From the NCBI GenBank assembly GCA_030141605.1, contig JAQGDQ010000542.1:82720-146719 (forward strand): a stretch of DNA of 64,000 bases, given 5' to 3'. The translations under genes were made by a program, and so were the position numbers. The notes beneath the pieces are model-generated. The model was not told the DNA's origin. It saw only the letters and a list, made by a program, of their open reading frames with translations, and searched no databases. Of this stretch, positions 39,449-59,133 are shown piece by piece; positions within the stretch are counted from its first letter, which is position 1; every line of letters begins with the position of its first letter. The DNA is from Tubiluchus corallicola. Lineage: Eukaryota; Animalia; Priapulida.

Positions 39449-40490
39449 TAACTTGTTAACAGATGGGAGTAGTATGTTAATTTGATCGTGCGCCACTTCT
39501 TTATTCTGCAGAAACGGAGAGCTGATAACTTGTTAAGAAACAGATGGGAGTAGTATGTTAATTTGATCGTGCGCCACTTCTTTATTCTGCAGAAACGGAC
39601 AACTGATAACTTGCTAAGAAGAACTTGTCACAGATGGGAGTAGTATGGTTTATTTGATCGTGCGCCACTTCCTTATTCTGCACAAACGGAGAGCTGATAA
39701 CTTGCTAAGAAGGATTTGTCACACATGGGAGTAGTATGGTTTATTTGATCGTGCGCCACTTCCTTATTCTGCACAAACGGAGAGCTGATAACTTGCTAAG
39801 AAGGATTTGTCACACATGGGAGTAGTATGGTTTATTTGATCGTGCGCCACTTCCTTATTCTGCACAAACGGAGAGCTGATAACTTGCTAAGAAGGATTTG
39901 TCACACATGGGAGTAGTATGGTTTATTTGATCGTGCGCCACTTCCTTATTCTGCACAAACGGAGAGCTGATAACTTGTTAACAGATGGGAGTAGTATGTT
40001 GATTTGATCGTGCGCCACTTCCTTATTCTGCAGAAATGGAGAGCTGCTAACTTGTTAAGAAGGATTTGTCACAGATGGGAGTAGTATGTTGATTTGATCG
40101 TGCGCCACTTCTTTATTCTGTACAAACGGAGAGCTGATAACTTGTTAACTTGTTACAGATGGGAGTAGTATGGTCGATTTGATCGTGCGCCACTTCTTTA
40201 TTCTGCAGAAACGGAGAGCTGCTAACTTGTTAAGAAGAACTTGTCGCAGATGGGAGTAGTGTAATTGATTTGATTGTGCGCCACTTCTTTATTCTGCGCA
40301 AACAGAGAGCTGATAACTTGTTAACTTGTCACAGATGGGAGTAGTATGGTCGATTTGATCATGCGCCACTTCTTTATTCTGCAGAAACGGAGAGCTGATA
40401 ACTTATCAGGAAGACCTCGGAGTAGTATAGTGGATTTGTCTGTGCGTCACTATTCTTTATTCTGGGAACAGAGAGCTAATAACAGTTGTG
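39424..40490 (+). repeat. 77-91 bp tandem repeat (about 13 copies, decayed copies to about 41030) built from the last codons and stop of TUBGCP6
   Basis: Unit TTATTCTGCACAAACGGAGAGCTGATAACTTG...ATGGGAGTAGTATG...TTTGATCGTGCGCCACTTC; unit starts at 39424, 39501, 39582, 39673, 39764, 39855, 39946, 40023, 40113, 40198, 40289, 40374, about 40457. Confidence 0.93.
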
Positions 40491-41467
40491 AATGGCAGTA
40501 GTAGTCCATCTAGTTTGCAACAATTACTGTGCATTCGTTTCAACATTCGCAACCTTGCTGATGACTTGTTGAAAGACATAAGAGTGGTATAGTTGATTTG
40601 CCTGTGCTTCACTTTTCTTTATTATGCAGTAACAGAGAGCTGTTAACTTATTAAGATGACCCCTGTTATAGATGGGAGTAGTATAGTCGATTTGCTTGTG
40701 TCCCAATTTTCTTTAGTCTATAAATACATGATAACAGTCATTGTGGGTGTAGTATAGTACATCTACTCTGCATATGACTCAACATTCTCAATCTCAACTG
40801 TTATTCTGTAGGGAGATGATGACTTGTTAAAACACATAACAGTTGTATAGTCGATTTGCCTGTGCGTCACTTTTCTTTAATCTATAAACTGGGAGTTAAT
40901 ACAACCATTGATGATACTAGTATAGCTGATTGGTCTATACAACACGTTTGTTCATTCTACATAAATGGAGCTTGTCAGCAAGACATCAGTCACAAGTGGG
41001 AGTAGTATAATCAATTTGCTGTGCGTCACTTTTTGTGCCAGCTTTCACACTGGAAACTGATACACAGACAAACTGATATACTACATTTCTAGTTCGACAA
41101 CGAAGTGGTAGAAGTTCAAATTGATGTATCACTGAACTGTCTCCTTTTAAGAATTTGTTTTGCCTCTTTCAAAACAACAGTCCTTAGGTCAGATTTCGAG
41201 GAAAATTTGAAGTTAATTTTCTGAACATATTACAAAGTGCCAAAGTGTTAAGCAGCATAACCAGTATTGCCTGTTCTAATGTTAATCTACAGGGTATTTA
41301 CCTACAGGTTCAAAAACAGCTAAATTCGAATGTCACGTATGATTTTCGTGTTGTAATTAAATTATTTTATTGATTAGTAAATCATTGTGACTTGAATTAT
41401 GATGCAATAAAATCATAACTGGCAATAATAACAGTATTGTTTCATTTTTTTGACTTAACAGCTTTAA

Positions 41468-42204
41468 AGGAGAATTTTTTATGATTTTTTATACCTACCC
41501 CATTTTGAAGTATGGTAAAAAGTATACATTTTAATGCCAATAACATTGCAAAAGCATTTCTGATAATTAAATAATAGGTAAAAATCTTATTTAATAGTGG
41601 GCGAGCTCAATCATTTGATGACATCACAAACAAACATAACTTTCAACAACAAAAATGTTCCATGAGTTTTTGTTACACATGTTTGCAATAGTGAAAATTG
41701 AATTACAGCACTACTGTAAAAGGTTCAGTGTTGTGCTAAAACTCAGTAAGTTGTATGATAAAAATTCAAATTTACTGCTATGCTGTCGAAAGCGTGCAGT
41801 TCATCACAAACTAACACATCTGAACTGAGAGGTACAGCACCTATTTCTGTGCACTGCATTTCAGAAGTGCAGGTGCTAGTGCCCGTCTAACTAGTGAATG
41901 GCGAACATTACCGCTATGCTGTCGAAAGCGTGTAGTTTATCACAAACTAACACATCTGAACTGAGAAGTACAGCACCTATTTCTGTGCAGTGCATTTCAG
42001 ATGTGCAGGTGCTAGTGCCCGTCTAACTAGTGAATGGCGAAATGTATGTAGCAGCAAAAATCTAGTGGCACGAATGAGAAATTGTGCTTGTGTGGTAATA
42101 ATTCTTTCACGCAAGTCATTTTTGACAAAATAGTGTGTTTCTTTATAATATTTTAAACAGTAGATTGTTTTGACCTACAATTTAAGAATGGGTCTGGTTT
42201 TCCT
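41468..42204. mobile_element. TTAA-flanked non-autonomous DNA transposon (Kolobok-like) with internal 136-bp tandem duplication
   Basis: TTAA|AGGAGAA ... TTTTCCT|TTAA; inverted relative at 53338-53786; duplication at 41772-42041. Confidence 0.65.
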
Positions 42205-42882
42205 TTAAAAGAGCAGGATGATGATGTTGTTGGTGGTGACAGCTGCAGTGGTGGTGTGTGTCTTAATGTTGAGGGTTGCGATGCAAACAATAATGCTCTG
42301 TAGTTTTACATTTCCAGTTTAATTGTAATAATAGCAAATTAATTATAATTAGTTAGACACAGATCATTATTACTCTCACTATAACCTCAAAATTCCATAG
42401 CAGCATTTTCATGACCTCCCCCCAGACAGCTTGTCCGTTGAGTTACGAACAGCACACAGCAGTATTCAGCGTAAGTTACGCTGGAAGAGAGTAATCACAG
42501 CTACACAGCTACAGATAAACTTCTTTGTACCGCCTACTGTACTTGGCACTGCATTGTTGTGAGTTTGGCATTATATCGACGTACATTAATACGTGCAAGT
42601 CTATGCAAATATAGATATTTTGTTTTGCCAAAATTTTGGGCATTGAGCGAGTTTGGCATTATATATCATTTTTATTCGTACTCGTGGTACAATCACAACA
42701 AATAAACAAAGAGATCAACAAGCAAAATAACTTTAATTAACAAGATTAGCAAGCAATGTGAAAGGGGGTTATAACAAGGTTTGACTATACAGTGATTTGC
42801 CCATTGAGCCACAAGCAATACTGATATATACCATTTATTGTATATACCATTATTACCATTAATATACCGTGCACCATTATTT

Positions 42883-43191
42883 AGCCGAATCTCCACAAGC
42901 CACTCTTCCTACCCTTTTGAACATTCTTTTATCCATCACATCTATCCTTACTTTGCACAACTCTTTTTTTTAAATTGCCTAAAAACCTTCGTTTTTTTTT
43001 TGTTCTTTTTTTCTCATTATTTCGACGTGTTTATAATGGTGCAAGTACCTAACAAGTTTTACTTCTGGTTCTTGCCATTTATTATATGCACGCTGTCATA
43101 TAATCATTATTATTAATATCTATTTTTTCCCAGTGTTTCTTGATATTGTATTTGTATTTACACTTCCAAATAAATTTATTATTATTATTAT
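42883..43191 (+). mobile_element. Short retroposon 3' end (copy 1; near-identical copy at 53970-54266)
   Basis: AGCCGAATCTCCACAAGCCACTCTTCCTACC...CACTTCCAAATAAATTTATTATTATT; AATAAA followed by a (TTA)n tail. Confidence 0.7.
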
Positions 43192-43762
43192 TTCTATGGG
43201 TGTACTCGCTTTAAAATCGCGAGTTAATATAGATTAGAATGGTGACTAATAACTATATAAGAAGTTTAGCTTGTACTGATTTAAAAAGAACGGAGCCAAG
43301 TACTGCAGCGCGCTTTCAATTTAATTCATAGTGGGGCATTTATTTCCACTCTTAATATAGTAATTCAAATAAAATTATGCACATCTGAGTTAATATTCAC
43401 CTGTCACATACATATCACTATTGAAAGAAAACGTAGTTTGACACCCTGCAATCGTGAAGTCCTGCGTTCAAGTCCTAACTGGTTCACATTTTTTCAGCGC
43501 TTTCTTACTTCAATTAATTAGCACTTGCAGTAATTTTTATGCGGATTGCCTTGTATTTACTAAGTCTGATTTATTATCATTTAAAAACAATTTTGCGTAA
43601 AAAATGAAAATAAAAAATTCATGTTCAGATAAAAGAAACTTCGTCGTTGATGTTTAATTAGTTGAGAGTTGATTTAATTGATATCTAAGCCAGTTAAGCG
43701 TGCACACTAATCACCTCAGCAACATCAAAACTGCGTGACCTCACAGATTCTTATCACACCTG

Positions 43763-43789
43763 GTTTCTATGAAACATCGCTTTAGCAAC
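43763..43789. promoter_or_regulatory. Tandem RFX X-box-like motifs upstream of the SAXO-like gene
   Basis: ATCGCTTTAGCAAC (43776-43789) fits the X-box consensus RTHNYYWTRRNRAC; adjacent near-palindrome GTTTCTATGAAAC (43763-43775); about 80-105 bp before the ATG of a ciliary gene. Confidence 0.6.
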
Positions 43790-43867
43790 CGCAAATCTCA
43801 TACACGCGCGCGTAGAGAGATTAATGGGAATTACGCACGCTAACTATTGGTAACTATCACGTGTAAA

Positions 43868-52869
<9,002 letters not shown>

Positions 52870-53337
52870 TTCACAGTTATTTATTAGAGTTTTATACATC
52901 TCTCATTGTACATGTCATTTTTTATTATGTAAATTAACTTTGAGATGTAATAAAATGGGATTTATTTCTTGACGTTAAATTCAGCTTCGTTTTTCTATTC
53001 TCAGATGATTCAAACTGCTCAAAAAGCTACAGCAGGGTTTAGTATATCACAGGATGAATACGAAAAGTGAGTGCGCATAAAATGCTGCCTAAATACTGGA
53101 CGAAATCTTGTAACTTTATGAAATTACCCAGACTGGAAATGGCGCATTACCTGTGGCATAGCTAATAAGGGAACTGGAGAGGAGGCAAGAGGAGCAACCG
53201 CACCCCTGAGCACATTTTACAAAATTGGCACCTTTTCAGCAATTTTACATTTAAAAATTAAATTAATTAAATAACACGTTTTTATTATGTTTTGAGATGT
53301 ATGAGCTTACTGTAATTATTCTGTTTTTTAAATTTAA

Positions 53338-53786
53338 AGCAAAACAGGACCCAATCTTAAACTGTAGGTCAAAACAATCTACTCTTTAATATATTGAAGA
53401 ACACGTACTATTTTTTTTCAAAAATGACTTCCGTGAAAGAATTATTACCACACAAACACAATTTCACACCGTCAACAGCTCATGCGTGAGTACAGCGGTA
53501 ACTATGAAATTTGAATTTTTAACTTAAAACTTGCCTAGTTTTTGTACAACACACTGAATCTCACACAGTATCACTGTACTTTATCGCTTTCACAAACACG
53601 TGCAACACGCTCGCGGAATATTGTTACTGTTGGAAATTATAATGTTAGTGTGTGATGCAATCAATAGTTGGGCTCGCCCGCCTCTAATTAAGATTTTAAT
53701 TATCAGAAACGCTTTTGCAGTAATGATTGTCTTAAAATGTATACTTTTTATTGACTTGAAAATATGAAAAATCATCCTGTCTTCAT
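53338..53786. mobile_element. TTAA-flanked element, inverted relative of 41468-42204
   Basis: TTAA at 53334-53337 and 53787-53790; GACCCAATCTTAAACTGTAGGTCAAAACAATCTACT and TTATCAGAAACGCTTTTGCA...AAAATGTATACTTTTTA are reverse complements of the 41468-42204 ends. Confidence 0.65.
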
Positions 53787-53969
53787 TTAAATACAAAATA
53801 CCAATTATGTACTTCCTTTAAAACTGTAACTTTAAAACGTCAGTTAAACAATATCTGTTTACTTCTTATATAAACTACTCTTAATAACCATCTACTGTTC
53901 CTGTGTGACACAACAGTCACAACTTTGTGTTCTTTTTGAGTAGAATCCAGAGTGCTTCGTCATCTCATG

Positions 53970-54266
53970 AGCCGAATCTCCACAAGCCACTCTTCCTACC
54001 CTTTTGAACATTCTTTTACCATCACTTCTATCCTTACTCTGCACAACTCTTTTTTTAAATTGCCTAAAAATCTTCGTTTTTTGTTCTTTTTCTTCATTAT
54101 TTGGACGTGTTTATAATGGTGCAAGCACCTAACAAGTTTTACTTCTGGTTCTTGCCATTTATTATACGCACTCTGTCACATAATCATTACTATTAATATC
54201 TACTTTTTCCCAGTGTTTCTTGATATTGTATTTGTATTTACACTTCCAAATAAATTTATTATTATT
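53970..54266 (+). mobile_element. Short retroposon 3' end, copy 2
   Basis: Near-identical to 42883-43191. Confidence 0.7.
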
Positions 54267-54662
54267 GTCATTATTAAAAAAACAAAAGAACTGTATCTTC
54301 CTCCACTGCTTGTCTTGTTTTAATTTTAAACAGAAAATCAAAATGTGTAATGAATTGTTTGGTGTGTGTTACAGTGCCTTTTTATATGTGCTTGCTTGCC
54401 TTAACTTTACCACCTGCCTATGCCCCTGCCCATTACTCTATTCTAGAAAAGATGTCTAACAAAATTGCAAATACAAGTTTTTACGAATGATGATTTACGA
54501 CAAAAACTAGTTTATCCCATTTCATATAAAGCTGATGAAATGAACATTAATAAACTTGTTGTAACTAAACAAATTTTGTTGTTATTATGGATAGACAACA
54601 CAATTCAACAATTTCTAAGGCAAAACACATGTTGCAAGTACCCGACAAAGTAAGTATATAAC

Positions 54663-54960
54663 TTGTTGTTGGCATCCTTCTGTCTCGGAAGACAATGGAG
54701 TGTGCGCCAAGAGAGTCAGTTATTAATCACATTGATGGAGCTCCTTGAACCACTGGAGTGGCCTCTCCAGGGCAAGGTGTATGGAGATCCTGAGTTGCCC
54801 AGACAACAGGAACCCCCTCTCTTCCTCCCTGGTGTAGTCCAAAGGAAAGCGGAGCGACACGTTTGGCACCAGGTTGGCTGCAGGAGCTGCCGGAGTCAGT
54901 GAGCATGCTGCACTAGTCCGTCTTCGGAGCTCCACTCCTGATTTGGAAGGTTTACTCCTC
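54663..54960 (-). mobile_element. GC-rich non-coding RTE-derived short element (putative)
   Basis: Minus strand ends GGCGCACACTCCATTGTCTTCCGAGACAGAAGGATGCC-(AAC)n, with a GTCT-TCCG-AGAC stem-loop and microsatellite tail as in RTE-clade 3' ends; GC content well above the flanks. Class call is from recollection, not searched. Confidence 0.55.
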
Positions 54961-55229
54961 TACATATGGCCGTTGGATCACTTGACCTCCTCTGCCCTCT
55001 AGCCGTTGGCTGCTTGTGCAGCTAATTTGGTAAGACTGTACAAGCCGCATTCTTGAGCGGGCTGACCAAAATCAAATTGTGATCCTACTACTAAGTAAAG
55101 AACATCACACATACAATATTTAAAACCGAAAATCTGTGATCACGATGACTGAAGAAACCTGAATTTACCGTAGAAATTACCAGTATGTAGTGTATAACAG
55201 TGACAGGACATAATTGTGCTTCATGCACG

Positions 55230-57296
55230 GACTGTAACTTAATCACACACGTGTGAGCAGGCGTGACTGACTGAATCACACGTAAGCACGAGTGGATATG
55301 GATCGTGGCCAAAACACACGTGTCTGCATGCATGGGCTATGACCAAATCACACATACATATGAGCATACATAGACTGTGACCGAATCACACACGCACATG
55401 AGCAAGCGTGGGCCGTAACAAAATCACATGTGAGTAAGATGGACTGTGACCGAATCACACTTGTGGGAGCAAGCATGGACAGTAACGAAATCACATGTGA
55501 GTAAGATGGACTGTGACCGAATCACGCGCGCACTGTACGAGCAAGCATGGACTGTAACAAAATCACCTGTGAGTAAGATGGACTGTGACCGAATCACACG
55601 TGTGTGAGCAAGCATGGACAGTAACGAAATCACATGTGAGTAAGATGGACTGTGACCGAATCACGCGCGCACTGTACGAGCAAGCGTGGACTGTAACAAA
55701 ATCACATGTGAGTAAGATGGAAGGTGACCGAATCACACGTGTGTGAGCAAGCATGGACAGTAACGAAATCACATGTGAGTAAGATGGACTGTGACCGAAT
55801 CACACGTGTGTGAGCAAGCGTGGACTGTAACAAAATCACATGTGAGTAAGATGGACTGCGACCGAATCACACGTGTGGGAGCAAGCATGGACAGTAACGA
55901 AATCACATGTGAGTAAGATGGACTGTGACCGAATCACGCGCGCACTGTACGAGCAAGCGTGGACTGTAACAAAATCACATGTGAGTAAGATGGACTGTGA
56001 CCGAATCACACGTGTGTGAGCAAGCATGGACAGTAACGAAATCACATGTGAGTAAGATGGACTGTGACCGAATCACGCGCGCACTGTACGAGCAAGCGTG
56101 GACTGTAACAAAATCACATGTGAGTAAGATGGACGGTGACCGAATCACGCGCGCACTGTACGAGCAAGCATGGACTGTAACAAAATCACCTGTGAGTAAG
56201 ATGGACTGTGACCGAATCACACGTGTGTGAGCAAGCATGGACAGTAACGAAATCACATGTGAGTAAGATGGACTGTGACCGAATCACGCGCACACTGTAC
56301 GAGCAAGCGTGGACTGTAACAAAATCACATGTGAGTAAGATGGAAGGTGACCGAATCACACGTGTGTGAGCAAGCATGGACAGTAACGAAATCACATGTG
56401 AGTAAGATGGACTGTGACCGAATCACACGTGTGTGAGCAAGCGTGGACTGTAACAAAATCACATGTGAGTAAGATGGACTGCGACCGAATCACACGTGTG
56501 GGAGCAAGCATGGACAGTAACGAAATCACATGTGAGTAAGATGGACTGTGACCGAATCACGCGCGCACTGTACGAGCAAGCGTGGACTGTAACAAAATCA
56601 CATGTGAGTAAGATGGACTGTGACAGAATCACACGTGTGTGAGCAAGCATGGACAGTAACGAAATCACATGTGAGTAAGATGGACTGTGACCGAATCACG
56701 CGCGCACTGTACGAGCAAGCGTGGACTGTAACAAAATCACATGTGAGTAAGATGGACGGTGACCGAATCACGCGCGCACTGTACGAGCAAGCATGGACTG
56801 TAACAAAATCACCTGTGAGTAAGATGGACTGTGACCGAATCACACGTGTGTGAGCAAGCATGGACAGTAACGAAATCACATGTGAGTAAGATGGACTGTG
56901 ACCGAATCACGCGCGCACTGTACGAGCAAGCGTGGACTGTAACAAAATCACATGTGAGTAAGATGGAAGGTGACCGAATCACACGTGTGTGAGCAAGCAT
57001 GGACAGTAACGAAATCACATGTGAGTAAGATGGACTGTGACCGAATCACACGTGTGTGAGCAAGCGTGGACTGTAACAAAATCACATGTGAGTAAGATGG
57101 ACTGCAACCGAATCACACGTGTGGGAGCAAGCATGGACAGTAACGAAATCACATGTGAGTAAGATGGACTGTGACCGAATCACGCGCGCACTGTACGAGC
57201 AAGCGTGGACTGTAACAAAATCACATGTGAGTAAGATGGACTGTGACCGAATCACGCGCGCACTGTACGAGCAAGCGTGGACTGTAACAAAATCAC
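55230..57296. repeat. About 2 kb satellite: 67/72-bp monomers with a 623-bp higher-order repeat
   Basis: Monomer AAATCACATGTGAGTAAGATGGACTGTGACCGAATCAC[ACGTGTGT|GCGCGCACTGTAC]GAGCAAGC(A/G)TGGAC(A/T)GTAAC(G/A). Equivalent ORFs recur at 55563/56186/56809 and 55836/56459/57082 (period 623). Confidence 0.95.
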
Positions 57297-59133
57297 TTCC
57301 AACAAACAACTTTAACTCAGCATTACGGAATTTATTCTGATGATATAAAAGTACTATTTTGACAACTTATAAATATGACACCTTATTTACATTATGTACA
57401 AAGTAACAAAGGACTTGAGCCACATCAGAAAAATGCTCAAAAGTGTAACAGTTAGAAAACTTGGCAAAATATGATGTACTGCATTGTGTAAAAAATGCAA
57501 TTTCTAATATACAAAAGTATTTTACAGATTGTTGTACGTATCAATAATGATAGCATACCGGTTTAATATCTCATCTCAAACAAATATAGTTGATAAACAC
57601 TAGGTTTTGGTCCTGCCATAACCACTAGCAGAATAACTATACATTGCTGCTCAATACTAATACCTATTTGCAGCATGTGAAACAGTTATAAAAACAGATA
57701 GTCTGTTATTTCTTGCCAGATATTAAAAATAAATTTAAATGGTATAACAACTGCTATTGCCAAGCACATTTTACAGTGAGGATGCAAGTAAAGTGACGCA
57801 CGTAACTGCTGTTAGAAAATTTCCGATTTATTCTCGAAATCTTGTGCAGCAAGGAAGATCGTTTCACATTGAAACTGCACGTTTTTTCATGAATCATTAG
57901 CTGTGCAGCAACTTTGCAACTTACAGGCTTGTAGCTGTTACTCGTCAACACAGATAGCGAAGATGATGTCATATTTATACTAAGTACTGACTATTACTAT
58001 AGTACCATTAGCACCATCATTGCTATGTACACCCAATTAACTGAACGAGACAGTACTGTGGTGTTGTTGCAATCTTGTATAGGCATTTGAGAGACGATTG
58101 GGAGAATATGGCCAAGGCTGTTGCATGAATAAGAGAAATTAAATTTTATAATTTTATGCTGAAATGTGTTAATTGTGTTCATTAAACAAGAAAGAAGTAA
58201 TCAAGCAGTTAAATTTTTATCTGAATTTCGCGAAGATTCCTCAGGAAAATGGAACACAGCATTTCTACCATGCAACAATTTCCTCGTGAGGAGGATACAT
58301 AGCTCCTAGCTAGTGGCAGAATTTCTCACGAGGAAATGCATGGGGAAAATTTCTCCTGAGGTGTCATGTGAAAAATGCCATAGAAAAATCCCATAGAAAA
58401 TGTTCCATTCTCACTGTGAAATGGGCCTTACAGTTAAACTTCAGCAGTGAATATGACATTTATTGAAAAACAGATTTATGCAAAAGTGACTAGTAAGTGA
58501 GTTCATTACTTTCTGCTTATGTGCTTTTATAGTTTAGTAATACCTGATCTATATGCAGTTGTTTCTTTTTTCTTAGAATATGTGAACATGATACACAAGC
58601 CACTACAAGATACATTTATATTATTGCTACACTTACGCTGTTACAAAACAAGTAAATGTTGTGAGTAACTTGTAATACTGATTTATACTTGTAAACACTT
58701 TCAAAAATATGCAGTACAAAAACAGCAAGAGGCCAAGCTGCATTTCTTCTGTACAACAAATAGGTTGTTGCTTGCCAGTTTAGAAATAGGGGCATAGCAA
58801 GTGCGGTTGTGTATGGATATCACACTTAACATGAACAAGAAGTATAAACCGGTATCAGAATCATACGGAAATTAAATGTTTTAGAAAAAGGTTTTGCAAG
58901 CTATGACAGTTTTAATTGTAATATGTGTGCTTGCAAACCAAAACTACCCATAAGTCGGCGTAGTTAAAGCTACGTTATGGTGCTTCAAGTAGAAGCACCA
59001 AAAATTTGGTCAAATATCAATTTTTTATAAAGTAACTGTAAAAAAATTTATTTCCTGATAGTAGTTCATGGAAACAGTCATTTTCCTCTGGGTTTTTTTC
59101 TGTTGCCAAGCCCAGATCTTTGTCAGGAACGCC

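Noticed and set aside
55424-57340. Repeated ORFs (MISLLSMLAH..., EQAWTVTKSHV...) as a repeat-protein family
   Set aside because: Translations of satellite monomers; 67-bp units break frame; no splice or start context.
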